Source: Chryseobacterium gleum
GTDB taxonomy: Bacteria; Bacteroidota; Bacteroidia; UBA10329
Assembly: GCA_945903645.1 (NCBI GenBank)
Contig: CAMDOM010000003.1
Span: forward strand, 64,507 to 128,506
Direction of reading: 5' to 3'
Length of the DNA stretch: 64,000 nucleotides
The stretch's first letter is position 1, and every line of letters starts with the position of its first letter. The translations under genes and the position numbers were made by a program. Below are positions 1 to 9,121 of the stretch, in pieces. Under the pieces are notes generated by a model. That model saw only the letters and a list, made by a program, of their open reading frames with translations, was not told where the DNA came from and did no database searches.

Positions 1-273
1 CTCGTTGCCCACCACGGCTTGAAATCCTATTCCGCCAAACAGAATCGGGTCACCTATGTCAATACCCGCTGCGTAGGTGCTGAAATTACCTGGAACACTT
101 GTCCACAATTTTCGGTAGTTAGCATGAACCCGAACACCTTGGTCGGCCCCAGCAAATGCAGGGTTAATATAGGTCCTTGCAGCAAAAAACTGCGTGAACG
201 TTGGGTCTTGAGCAGATGCATGCTCAATGGTCAGCAACACAAGAAAAAAACTATACAGTAATAATCGCATCAT
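1..273 (-). CDS. Partial T9SS membrane protein of the PorP/SprF family; N-terminal fragment, gene continues past the window edge
   Basis: The reverse complement of 1..273 reads MMRLLLYSFFLVLLTIEHASAQDPTFTQFFAARTYINPAFAGADQGVRVHANYRKLW... with no stop before position 1. A signal peptide followed by the QDPxFxQF...NPAxAG block is the hallmark N-terminus of PorP/SprF proteins. The ORF track did not list it because the ORF is open at the edge. Confidence 0.55.
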   Translation of the reverse strand, partial: MMRLLLYSFFLVLLTIEHASAQDPTFTQFFAARTYINPAFAGADQGVRVHANYRKLWTSVPGNFSTYAAGIDIGDPILFGGIGFQAVVGNE

Positions 274-407
274 ATCTGGAACGCTTCGAACAGGTCAACT
301 TATACTGAATAAAGAGGAATTCGTTACAATCATGCGCAATGGAATGCAAATGTTACAATTCTTTGAAATGGTGGACAAATTTTCTTTAAAATTGATATGA
401 ACCGAAA

Positions 408-1181
408 GTGGAGTATAATTTCGCGGTTGTGAAGATAGGCGCTCTTTTTATATCGTTCGTTTTGCTTTCCGTGCTCTTAATAGCCTCGTGTGACGAGGCT
501 ATGGATACCGAACGGCCGGTGGTGAGTATCCTTTCTCCGCTTGATGGCGCCACGGTTTCTACTGCCGATGGAATTCAGATAAACGCATCACTTACTGACA
601 ATGGCGAATTGTTGCAATACAAAATTGTTGTTTCAGGAATCGATTCGCTCAATGGAATAGCAAAAGACAGCACCCTGCGCATGGTAATTATTGGTGGATT
701 GTCTGGTTCACAATTCGATTTCAACGAAACTATCAACTTACCCGATGCTACGTTCAATGGGTTTTACAACGTAATTTTTACCTGCTTAGACAACGAAGGC
801 AATCAAGCCAATAGCGATACTATTTCGTTGCGAATTGTGAATGACCTCGATTCGGTGCCTCCTGTTTTCAACATTGGTGGTCTTCCTGCCTTGGCCGATA
901 CGCTACGATTGGGTCAGGGATTTACACTTTCCGGAGGAATTACGGACGAAACATCGCTCAATTATGTAACGCTTCGCATCAAAAGCGATGATGGTACTTA
1001 TACAGTCTATGTTTTTGACTTTACCGTTATTCTTGATAATACGGTGAATCTAGAAGGGAATGGTGGCTACTTTTTGGTAGATACCAATTGGGCCGAAGGA
1101 CCCTACACCGCTTATTTTACTGCTTGGGATAGCCTCAATGGTGTTGACCATTCCATACCTTTTTACGTCAAATTTGATTGA
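408..1181 (+). CDS. Hypothetical lipoprotein, beta-rich and Ig-like; non-ATG start (GTG at 408 or 429)
   Basis: The N-terminus VKIGALFISFVLLSVLLIASC has a lipobox-like IASC after a hydrophobic h-region. The rest is Thr/Asn/Asp-rich beta-strand-like sequence with no recognisable catalytic motifs. Confidence 0.45.
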   Translation: MEYNFAVVKIGALFISFVLLSVLLIASCDEAMDTERPVVSILSPLDGATVSTADGIQINASLTDNGELLQYKIVVSGIDSLNGIAKDSTLRMVIIGGLSGSQFDFNETINLPDATFNGFYNVIFTCLDNEGNQANSDTISLRIVNDLDSVPPVFNIGGLPALADTLRLGQGFTLSGGITDETSLNYVTLRIKSDDGTYTVYVFDFTVILDNTVNLEGNGGYFLVDTNWAEGPYTAYFTAWDSLNGVDHSIPFYVKFD

Positions 1182-1192
1182 CCTTACCATTC

Positions 1193-3091
1193 ATGGCAGA
1201 AATGCACACACGAAGTTTTGTTTTTGATTTTGATAGTACGCTAACGCAAGTAGAAGCTTTTGAAGAGCTCGCGGAAATAAGCCTCAAGAACGACCCCGAT
1301 AGGGAGAAGAAAATCCGTCAGATTGGCGAAATAACTGATAGAGGAGTGGATGGCGACATCACCTTTACGGATTCATTGGAGCAACGCCTCAAAATTCTTC
1401 ATGCGCGCGAGGAACATTTGGAGGTTTTAGTGAAGCGATTAAATCGAAAAATCTCCAAGTCCATTTCTAGGAATAAGGAGTTTTTTAAGAAGTATGTAGA
1501 CGATATCTATATCGTTTCATGTGGGTTCAAAGAGTTTATAGACCCCATTATGGCAAGCTATGGCATTCCTTCAGATAGAATTTTTGCCAATACATTTCGG
1601 TTCGATAAAAAGGGAAATATCGTTGGCTTCGATCGCGAAAATGACCTTGCAAAACCCGATGGCAAGATTGACCAACTAAAGAAAATGAAGTTGCCTGGCG
1701 AAATACACGTCATAGGCGATGGATTTTCTGACTATCAAATGAAAGCCGCAGGAATTGCGCACAAGTTCTATGCCTTCACAGAGAACATTGCGCGTAAGAA
1801 CATTTTAGACAAGGCAGATTACATTGCCCCAAGTTTGGATGAGTTTCTCTACGCAAACAATCTTCCAGGCTCCATTTCCTTTCCCAAGAATAGAATCAAA
1901 GTCCTATTGCTAGAGAATATTCATCCCGATGCCGAAACCATGCTGCGCGAGGAGGGCTACACCGTAGAGGCCATTTCCAAAGCATTGAACGAAGAGGAAT
2001 TGTGCAAAGCGATAAAGGGCGTTCACATTCTAGGAATTCGGTCAAAAACGAAAGTTACCGTTAAAGCGCTTCAAGCAGCCGACAAACTGATGGCTGTTGG
2101 TGCATTTTGCATTGGCACCAATCAAGTGAATTTGGAAGCTTGCACCAAAGCTGGTATTGCTGTGTTCAATGCACCATTTAGCAACACAAGAAGTGTGGTG
2201 GAAATGGTTATTGGCGAAATGATATTGCTAATGCGCGGCACATTTCCTAAAAGTGTTGGATTGCACCAAGGCAAATGGGACAAATCGGCAAGTCATAGCT
2301 ATGAAATTCGCGGCAAGAAGTTGGGTATTGTAGGCTACGGAAATATCGGTTCGCAGCTGTCGGTGCTTGCCGAAGCATTGGGAATGCAGGTGTATTACTA
2401 TGATGTGGAAGAGAAGTTGGCGTTGGGAAATGCCAAGAAAATGAACTCAATGAAAGATTTGCTACGCAAATCTGATGTAGTAACCCTTCATGTGGACGGC
2501 CGTGCCGAAAACAAAGGTTTGATTGGTACTCGCGAGTTTAAAATGATGAAGGATGGAGTTATCTTTCTAAACTTAAGTCGAGGCCATGTGGTAGATATAG
2601 ACGCATTGCGAAAGCACATTGTTTTAGGAAAAGTGCGTGGTGCGGCTGTCGATGTATTTCCGAAAGAACCAGGGTCCAATAGCGAACCATTCGAAAGTCC
2701 ACTGCTTGGGCTTCCTAACGTAATTCTTACTCCTCATATAGGAGGTAGCACCATAGAAGCCCAGAAAAACATTGCAGTCTATGTTCCTGATACGTTGATT
2801 AGCTATATCAATACGGGCAACACCACTACAAGTGTAAACCTGCCTCCAGTTCGCGTTGCGGAAATGAAAGGTGCGCATAGGCTATTGCACATTCACGCCA
2901 ACGTTCCAGGCATTTTGGCGCGCATTAACAGCATTTTCTCGCACTACAACATCAACATACTCGGCCAGTCGTTAAAAACTACAGACAGTATTGGTTATCT
3001 TGTAACCGACATTGATAAGTCCTATGACAAGGATGTGATGAACGAGCTGAAAGCCATCGACCACACAATCAAACTAAGGGTGCTTTATTAA
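1193..3091 (+). CDS. serA: Fused phosphoserine phosphatase (HAD, SerB-like) and D-3-phosphoglycerate dehydrogenase (SerA) with a C-terminal ACT-like domain
   Basis: The N-terminal ~210 aa carry HAD motif I FDFDSTLT and motif IV GDGFSD. The C-terminal ~400 aa carry the 2-hydroxyacid dehydrogenase NAD-binding GIVGYGNIGSQ, a catalytic His region (TPHIGGST) and a C-terminal regulatory domain. The track start TTG 1178 was replaced by in-frame ATG 1193 (MAEMHTRSF...). Confidence 0.75.
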   Translation: MAEMHTRSFVFDFDSTLTQVEAFEELAEISLKNDPDREKKIRQIGEITDRGVDGDITFTDSLEQRLKILHAREEHLEVLVKRLNRKISKSISRNKEFFKKYVDDIYIVSCGFKEFIDPIMASYGIPSDRIFANTFRFDKKGNIVGFDRENDLAKPDGKIDQLKKMKLPGEIHVIGDGFSDYQMKAAGIAHKFYAFTENIARKNILDKADYIAPSLDEFLYANNLPGSISFPKNRIKVLLLENIHPDAETMLREEGYTVEAISKALNEEELCKAIKGVHILGIRSKTKVTVKALQAADKLMAVGAFCIGTNQVNLEACTKAGIAVFNAPFSNTRSVVEMVIGEMILLMRGTFPKSVGLHQGKWDKSASHSYEIRGKKLGIVGYGNIGSQLSVLAEALGMQVYYYDVEEKLALGNAKKMNSMKDLLRKSDVVTLHVDGRAENKGLIGTREFKMMKDGVIFLNLSRGHVVDIDALRKHIVLGKVRGAAVDVFPKEPGSNSEPFESPLLGLPNVILTPHIGGSTIEAQKNIAVYVPDTLISYINTGNTTTSVNLPPVRVAEMKGAHRLLHIHANVPGILARINSIFSHYNINILGQSLKTTDSIGYLVTDIDKSYDKDVMNELKAIDHTIKLRVLY

Positions 3092-3103
3092 ACTGAACCC
3101 ATT

Positions 3104-3529
3104 TTAAGACTTTTCTGGAGCAAAGGTTAGCGATGCAGAATTGATGCAGTAGCGCATTCCAGTTGGGCGTGGTCCATCTGGAAAAACATGGCCGAGATGT
3201 CCGCCACAGTTGCCACAAAGCACCTCTGTTCGTGTCATTCCGAAACTTCGGTCTACGTGTTCTACTATTTTTCCCTTTTCCGCCTGTTGATAGAATGCTG
3301 GCCAACCACACCCGCTGTCAAACTTAGAACCTGATTTAAACAATACGTTTCCGCAGCCAGCACATAAGTATTCTCCATCCTTAAAATGCAAATCATAGGT
3401 TCCAGTAAATGGACGTTCGGTGCCTTTTTGCCGAAGTACGCGATATTGCTCGGCATCTAGCTTCTGCTTCCATTCCTCTTCGCTCAATTTTATGGGAAAG
3501 TTGTCGTCACTATTATTTGTCATGTTCAT
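3104..3529 (-). CDS. msrB: Peptide-methionine (R)-S-oxide reductase MsrB
   Basis: Two CxxC pairs (CAGCGN, CGNCGG), the catalytic RYCINSASL motif and HLGHVF are canonical SelR/MsrB features. The track ORF extends to 3628, but the conserved domain starts near internal Met at 3529 (MNMTNNSDD...). Confidence 0.8.
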   Translation of the reverse strand: MNMTNNSDDNFPIKLSEEEWKQKLDAEQYRVLRQKGTERPFTGTYDLHFKDGEYLCAGCGNVLFKSGSKFDSGCGWPAFYQQAEKGKIVEHVDRSFGMTRTEVLCGNCGGHLGHVFPDGPRPTGMRYCINSASLTFAPEKS

Positions 3530-3635
3530 CTTTTTATGCACTGAATAAACAATTGGCGCAGTCTTTGGTTTAGCGGTGCAAACGTGGAAAAATTTTCGAA
3601 CTTTGAACCACGAATTCATAACTAACACTTAAACG

Positions 3636-4073
3636 ATGAAAAAATTAGCGTTACTCTTTGCCCTTGGTGTTTCTATTCCAGTTTTATCTATCGCTCAGCA
3701 AGCTGGTGCGCAGATAAAGTTTGAAAAAGAAGTACATGATTACGGTACAATTATGCAAAATGCGGATGGTGCTACTGCTTTTGTTTTTACAAACACAGGT
3801 TCAGAGCCATTGATTATTTCAGATGCGAAAGGAAGCTGTGGATGCACAGTTCCAGAATGGCCAAAAGAACCAATTGCTCCAGGAAAGAAGAGCAGCATCA
3901 AGGTTCAGTATGATACCAACCGTGTTGGAGCATTTCAGAAAACGGTAACGGTTACAACCAACGGTTCAGTGGAGCCTATCGTTTTGAAGATTCAAGGGAC
4001 TGTAAACGCAAAAGAAACTGCTCCAGCAGCAGGTGACGGTCACGATCATAGCGATCCAAACCACAAGCACTAA
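3636..4073 (+). CDS. Secreted DUF1573-family protein with a His-rich C-terminal tail
   Basis: A signal peptide MKKLALLFALGVSIPVLSIAQQ is followed by GSCGCTVPEWPKEPIAPG, typical of Bacteroidota DUF1573 proteins. The tail is GDGHDHSDPNHKH. Confidence 0.55.
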   Translation: MKKLALLFALGVSIPVLSIAQQAGAQIKFEKEVHDYGTIMQNADGATAFVFTNTGSEPLIISDAKGSCGCTVPEWPKEPIAPGKKSSIKVQYDTNRVGAFQKTVTVTTNGSVEPIVLKIQGTVNAKETAPAAGDGHDHSDPNHKH

Positions 4074-4094
4074 GCGTTTTAGATTAATTAGAAA

Positions 4095-4130
4095 GGGTCT
4101 CGAGACATTGGCGTTTCGAGACCCTTTTTT
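4095..4130 (+). terminator. Rho-independent terminator after the DUF1573 gene
   Basis: A 9-bp perfect stem GGGTCTCGA...TCGAGACCC is followed by T6. Confidence 0.7.
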
Positions 4131-4354
4131 ATTGCGGTAACTGAAGTTGTATACTATACTTTAGGTTGTAGATGTAATAGCCCAAGTCTTGGGCAATGAA
4201 GTTAATTGTGGTTCATACCTTCAGCGAGTTCCACGCATTGTGCTTTTCGTTTAACTCGATTCCTTTAGAGTGCATTTGATTTCAGTTGAGGGACTTTGAT
4301 GCTTAAGATTAGGAATGAGGTAGAGTAGTTTAGGAGTGTTGGTATTTGTAGTCA

Positions 4355-4388
4355 ATAAAAAAGCCTCAATCCATTTCTGAATTGAGAC
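4355..4388 (-). terminator. Probable rho-independent terminator of the nqr operon
   Basis: On the minus strand GTCTCAAT-tcagaaatgg-ATTGAGGC is followed by TTTTTTATT. It lies 25 nt downstream of the nqrF stop. Confidence 0.5.
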
Positions 4389-4412
4389 TTTGTCTATGCG
4401 GTTGTTTAACTG

Positions 4413-5729
4413 CTAGCTACCAAAATCGTCAAACGAAACATTCTCTTTTGGCACACCCCAATCGTCACACATCTTGAGGATGGCTTGGTTCATCATTGGC
4501 GGGCCACAGAAGTAAAACTCAATATCTTCTGGTGCTTCGTGCGCATTTAGATATTGTTTAATAACTTGATTATGTACAAACCCAACGAATCCGTCTCCTG
4601 CAGTATCGTTGATATCTTTCTTTTCAATCCAGTTATCCTCTGGTTTGGCATCAGAAAGAACCATGTAGAATTTGAAGTTCGGGAATTGTGCTTCAATCTC
4701 ACGGAAATAGTGGATGTAAAACAATTCAGCCCTCGACCGACCTCCATACCAGTAAGTCACCTTACGACCAGTTTTCAACGTTTTGAAGAGGTGATAAATG
4801 TGCGATCGCATAGGAGCCATACCAGCACCACCACCAATGTAAAGCATTTCTGAACCTGTTTCCTTGATGAAGAATTCTCCATAAGGGCCAGAAATAACTG
4901 CTTTATCCCCAGGTTTTAAATTGAAAATATAAGAAGAAGCAATGCCTGGGTTAATGTCTGCCCATTTATTATTTGCCCGGTCAAAAGGTGGAGCCGCTAC
5001 ACGAACATTGAGCATGATGTGGCGACCTTCGGCAGGGTAGGAGGCCATAGAGTAGGCACGAACTACTTCCTCATCATTCTTCATCACCAAACCACGCATC
5101 GCAAATGGCCCTTCACTCCAGTCTTTCTCGAATTTGGTGGGTTCTCCTGGATGGTCTTTCGGGTGTGCACTCACGTCCATGTCAGCGAATTTCACTACAC
5201 ACTTTGGAATCTTGATTTGGATATAACCTCCAGCCTCATAGTGCATATCCTCGGGCAATTGCACCACAAACTCCTTGATGTAGGTAGCTACGTTGTAATT
5301 GGAAACCACTTCGGCCTCCCATTCTTTAATGCCGAAGACTTCCTCAGGAACCTGTATAACCATATCCTGTTTCACCTTCACTTGGCAGCCCAAACGCCAG
5401 TTATCTTGAATCTGCTTACGCGAAAAGTATGGTGCTTCTGTAGGTAGGATTTCACCACCTCCTTCTAGCACCTGACATTTGCACATGGCGCAAGTGCCAC
5501 CACCACCGCAGGCAGATGGAAGATAGATTTTAGCGCCACTTAATGTAGATAACAGAGAGCTACCTCCTTCCACAGTGATTTCTTCTCCACCGTTAATCTT
5601 AATTTTAACTGGACCATTAGAAGCAAGTTTGGCCTTTGCGAAAAGCAATAGTCCTACTAGTACAGCTATTATAGCCATAAAAACGGCCACTCCTACTGTA
5701 ATGATGAAAGTGATGTTTAGTAGTGTCAT
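4413..5729 (-). CDS. nqrF: Na+-translocating NADH:quinone oxidoreductase subunit F
   Basis: N-terminal TM helix, 2Fe-2S ferredoxin Cys cluster CGGGGTCAMCKC, and a FAD/NAD-binding ferredoxin reductase fold. It is the last gene of the contiguous nqrABCDEF set. The track start TTG 5735 was replaced by ATG 5729. Confidence 0.9.
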   Translation of the reverse strand: MTLLNITFIITVGVAVFMAIIAVLVGLLLFAKAKLASNGPVKIKINGGEEITVEGGSSLLSTLSGAKIYLPSACGGGGTCAMCKCQVLEGGGEILPTEAPYFSRKQIQDNWRLGCQVKVKQDMVIQVPEEVFGIKEWEAEVVSNYNVATYIKEFVVQLPEDMHYEAGGYIQIKIPKCVVKFADMDVSAHPKDHPGEPTKFEKDWSEGPFAMRGLVMKNDEEVVRAYSMASYPAEGRHIMLNVRVAAPPFDRANNKWADINPGIASSYIFNLKPGDKAVISGPYGEFFIKETGSEMLYIGGGAGMAPMRSHIYHLFKTLKTGRKVTYWYGGRSRAELFYIHYFREIEAQFPNFKFYMVLSDAKPEDNWIEKKDINDTAGDGFVGFVHNQVIKQYLNAHEAPEDIEFYFCGPPMMNQAILKMCDDWGVPKENVSFDDFGS

Positions 5730-5754
5730 TTCCAATGAATGTTTTTGGAGGTGA

Positions 5755-6369
5755 TCAGATTGTGATGCCCATGAAGCTCATGAACGCGATGGCCATAAGT
5801 CCAGTAACAATGAATGAAATCCCTAGTCCCCTTAAAGCCGGAGGCACGTTTGAATAACGGAGTTTTTCCCGAATTGCTGCTAATGCGATAATCGCAAGAG
5901 CCCAGCCAAATCCTGAACCAAATGCAAAGATTGTGGCCATGCCAACATTACTAAACTGACGTTCTTGCATGAATAATGCTCCACCAAGAATCGAACAGTT
6001 TACTGCGATAAGTGGAAGAAATATACCAAGCGAAGCATAAAGTGCGGGTGAAAATTTTTCAACTGACATCTCCACCAACTGCGTGAATGATGCCACAACA
6101 GCTATAAACATGATGAAACTAAGGAAACTCAAGTCCAGCGTTGCATATTGAGGCCCTAACCATTCTAGCGCTCCAGCCTTCATGAGGTAATTTTCAATTA
6201 AATAGTTAATTGGAACAGTGAAGCCTAACACGAAAATAACCGCCATTCCTAGTCCAACTGCTGTTTTTACTGACTTAGAAACGGCCAGATACGAGCACAT
6301 GCCCAAGAAGTAGGCAAAAATCATGTTCTCAATGAAAATCGCTTTTATAAATGCATTAAAATATTCCAT
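5755..6369 (-). CDS. nqrE: Na+-NQR subunit E
   Basis: A 204-aa polytopic membrane protein with the NqrE/RnfA-like N-terminus MEYFNAFIKAIFIENMIFAYFLGMC, sitting in operon position. Confidence 0.9.
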   Translation of the reverse strand: MEYFNAFIKAIFIENMIFAYFLGMCSYLAVSKSVKTAVGLGMAVIFVLGFTVPINYLIENYLMKAGALEWLGPQYATLDLSFLSFIMFIAVVASFTQLVEMSVEKFSPALYASLGIFLPLIAVNCSILGGALFMQERQFSNVGMATIFAFGSGFGWALAIIALAAIREKLRYSNVPPALRGLGISFIVTGLMAIAFMSFMGITI

Positions 6370-6388
6370 GATAATTGAATCGTATGGG

Positions 6389-7066
6389 TTAGTTCTCGAT
6401 GAGTTTTGTATTTCTACTGCGTTGGAACCAAATTATACATCCAACAGTAATCAATGCCATTGGAGGAAGAATCATTAAACCGTTATTGACATAGCCTGCG
6501 GCATAGAAAGCATCAGGCACAATTTGAATGCCCCATAGTTTACCTGATCCTGTAAGTTCTCTAATAATTCCAATGACTACCAATATTAGACCATATCCAA
6601 GTCCATTTCCTATGCCGTCCACAAACGAAGGCCAAGGTTTATTCGCTAGTGCAAATGCTTCGATACGTCCCATAACGATGCAGTTAGTAATGATCAGTCC
6701 CACAAATACAGAAAGCTGCTTGCTCACATCATATACGAATGCTTTTAACATCTGGTCTACTAGAATTACCAACGCGGCAACGATAACCAACTGAACGATA
6801 ATACGAATACGATTGGGTACGTAATTGCGAATCATGGAGAGTACCAAATTCGAAAAACCAGTAACTACCGTAACTGAAAGTGCCATAATCACGGCCTGCT
6901 TTAATTGCACTGTAATTGCCAATGCCGAACAAATCCCAAGTATCTGAACAGTTATCGGGTTGCTATCATTGAAAGGATCGGTGATAAGCCTAAGGTTCTT
7001 TTTTGAGAACATTGGCTCAGTAACTTGCTTTACTGCTATTGACTCTTCTGCTACTGCTGTGCTCAT
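6389..7066 (-). CDS. nqrD: Na+-NQR subunit D
   Basis: A 225-aa polytopic membrane protein in the NqrD/RnfE family, in operon position. Confidence 0.9.
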   Translation of the reverse strand: MSTAVAEESIAVKQVTEPMFSKKNLRLITDPFNDSNPITVQILGICSALAITVQLKQAVIMALSVTVVTGFSNLVLSMIRNYVPNRIRIIVQLVIVAALVILVDQMLKAFVYDVSKQLSVFVGLIITNCIVMGRIEAFALANKPWPSFVDGIGNGLGYGLILVVIGIIRELTGSGKLWGIQIVPDAFYAAGYVNNGLMILPPMALITVGCIIWFQRSRNTKLIEN

Positions 7067-7075
7067 GAGTTAAAT

Positions 7076-7906
7076 TTATTTAATGGATTGCGCAACTAAT
7101 GTATCTACAACTAGGCTATCTAGCGCCAAACTATCTACCGCAAGACTGTCTAACGGAAGTGCGGAAATATCTATAGAGTTAACGGAAGCTTGCATTTCTT
7201 TGAAGTATTTGGTATAAATCTTCAAAGTATTTGATATCATAGCTGAAAGTCCATTGCTGGTAATTGTGCCTCCTGAAATTGCATCTACACCATGCATATC
7301 GTCATCGGCAGCACCACCTTTCACTGCTTTAATTGGAGAAAACTCTCCAGCATCGTTGAATATTTTTTTACCAACAAAAGGAGCTTGAAACCAGCCTGTA
7401 TTTATTTCCGCCCCTAGACCAGGAGTTTCGCTCTTGTGGTCAAAAGATGCACCTTCTACTGTGATACCATCACTAGAAATCGCCATATATCCCCATATTG
7501 GCCCCCAAAGTCCAGTGCCAACCATTGGTACAATATAAGAACGCTTTCCATCTCTAACACAAACAAAGAGAGGATACTCTTTATACTTATCTGGTTTTTC
7601 CTTATCCTTATACTGAGCAAGCACATCAATCTCGAATGCTTCTTGAGAAGGCGCGTCCTTAATATTTCCTTCTACGTCCAATACATAGGATTCTTTGATT
7701 AAAGCCGTATAAGCACTGTCAGCCTGAAGTGCAGTAGTTTTTACACCTACAGATGATAAGACGTTCTGCATCTTTTCAATCCTGACATTGGCGCTCTGCA
7801 TAGGTTTTAACCCTTCAGAAGCCAAAGCAAGTAGAACGGCAACAACTACCACCATTACAGTGGAGAAGGCAAAAGTGTATTTATTGCTATTTATATCGAG
7901 TGCCAT
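7076..7906 (-). CDS. nqrC: Na+-NQR subunit C (FMN-binding), carrying an unusual C-terminal (L/V)DSLA x3 repeat tail
   Basis: Single N-terminal TM helix, the FMN attachment motif region DAISGGTITSNG, and operon position. The C-terminus ends ISALPLDSLAVDSLALDSLVVDTLVAQSIK. Confidence 0.85.
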   Translation of the reverse strand: MALDINSNKYTFAFSTVMVVVVAVLLALASEGLKPMQSANVRIEKMQNVLSSVGVKTTALQADSAYTALIKESYVLDVEGNIKDAPSQEAFEIDVLAQYKDKEKPDKYKEYPLFVCVRDGKRSYIVPMVGTGLWGPIWGYMAISSDGITVEGASFDHKSETPGLGAEINTGWFQAPFVGKKIFNDAGEFSPIKAVKGGAADDDMHGVDAISGGTITSNGLSAMISNTLKIYTKYFKEMQASVNSIDISALPLDSLAVDSLALDSLVVDTLVAQSIK

Positions 7907-7912
7907 GATGAA

Positions 7913-9097
7913 TCAAGCAGTTTTAACTGTAGCTCTTTTAAGTCTTCGTGAGATATTTGCTTGAACCACATAATGGTCAATAAGCGGTGCCATAACATTC
8001 ATTAGCAGAATTGCCAACATTATGCCTTCAGGATAAGCAGGGTTAAACACGCGAATCATGATGGCAAATATCCCAATTAAAAAGCCGTAAATCAATTTAC
8101 CTGTATTAGTTTGAGCGGCTGTAACTGGATCGGTTGCCATAAAAACAACGCCAAAGGCAAACCCACCAACAATAAGGTGCTGCCACCAAGGAAATGACAT
8201 CAATACAGTAGCACCAATGGCATTGAAAATCAGACCCATTACTGAAGCTCCAGCAACAGCGCTAAGCATTACTCTCCAACTACCTATACCAGTAAATAAT
8301 AAAATTGCCGCACCAATAAGAATGGCAAAGGTGCTTGTTTCGCCTATAGAACCTGGAATAAATCCAAAGAACATATCAGAAACGCTGTACACATTGTAAT
8401 CGACTGGTACATTATTCGCAAGCTCACCGAGAATAGTTGCACCACTGTAAGCATCTGGGGTATTTGTGGATGCTAACGCACCGTGAACCCAAATTTTATC
8501 ACCGCTCATATAGGTTGGATACGCAAAGAAAAGGAATGCACGGGCAGTCAAAGCCACATTCATAATGTTCATTCCCGTTCCTCCAAATACTTCTTTGCCA
8601 AATACAACTGCAAAAGCAGTAGATAAAGCTACCATCCATAGTGGGATATCAATAGGAAGAATCAATGGAATCAGCATTCCTGAAACTAGGAATCCCTCTT
8701 CTACAGAATGGCCTTTTTTCATTGCAAAGGCGAACTCAATTCCCAAACCTACAGCGTAAGATACCACTACAATCGGAAGTACTTTCCATGCACCCATGGC
8801 AATCATTTCCCAAAATGTAGCGCTTTCTAAAAGTCCTTGCGCTCTAAAGTGTTGAAATCCTGCATTATACATGCCAAACAAAAGGCATGGAACCATAGCA
8901 AGGATTACCGTGCTCATGGTTCGTTTCAAATCTATCCCATCTTTGATATGAACACCGCGGTGTGTTACTTCCTTTGGTGTAAAAAGGAAAGTCTCGAAGG
9001 CGTCAATAGCTACCAAGAAACTACCGTGTTTCTCAAATTTGCCTCCTTTTTCAAAAGGATGTCGAGCTTTCTCAAAAAAATCTTCTAAGAACTTCAT
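7913..9097 (-). CDS. nqrB: Na+-NQR subunit B
   Basis: A 394-aa polytopic membrane protein in the NqrB/RnfD family, in operon position. Confidence 0.9.
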   Translation of the reverse strand: MKFLEDFFEKARHPFEKGGKFEKHGSFLVAIDAFETFLFTPKEVTHRGVHIKDGIDLKRTMSTVILAMVPCLLFGMYNAGFQHFRAQGLLESATFWEMIAMGAWKVLPIVVVSYAVGLGIEFAFAMKKGHSVEEGFLVSGMLIPLILPIDIPLWMVALSTAFAVVFGKEVFGGTGMNIMNVALTARAFLFFAYPTYMSGDKIWVHGALASTNTPDAYSGATILGELANNVPVDYNVYSVSDMFFGFIPGSIGETSTFAILIGAAILLFTGIGSWRVMLSAVAGASVMGLIFNAIGATVLMSFPWWQHLIVGGFAFGVVFMATDPVTAAQTNTGKLIYGFLIGIFAIMIRVFNPAYPEGIMLAILLMNVMAPLIDHYVVQANISRRLKRATVKTA

Positions 9098-9121
9098 CTT
9101 ATTCTGTACGTGTTGAATTGG

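Noticed and set aside
19-261. An 80-aa plus-strand ORF at the window start
   Set aside because: It lies antisense to a far better PorP/SprF-like reading frame on the minus strand that is open to the window edge.
5019-5447. A 142-aa plus-strand ORF
   Set aside because: It lies entirely antisense within nqrF and has no domain features.
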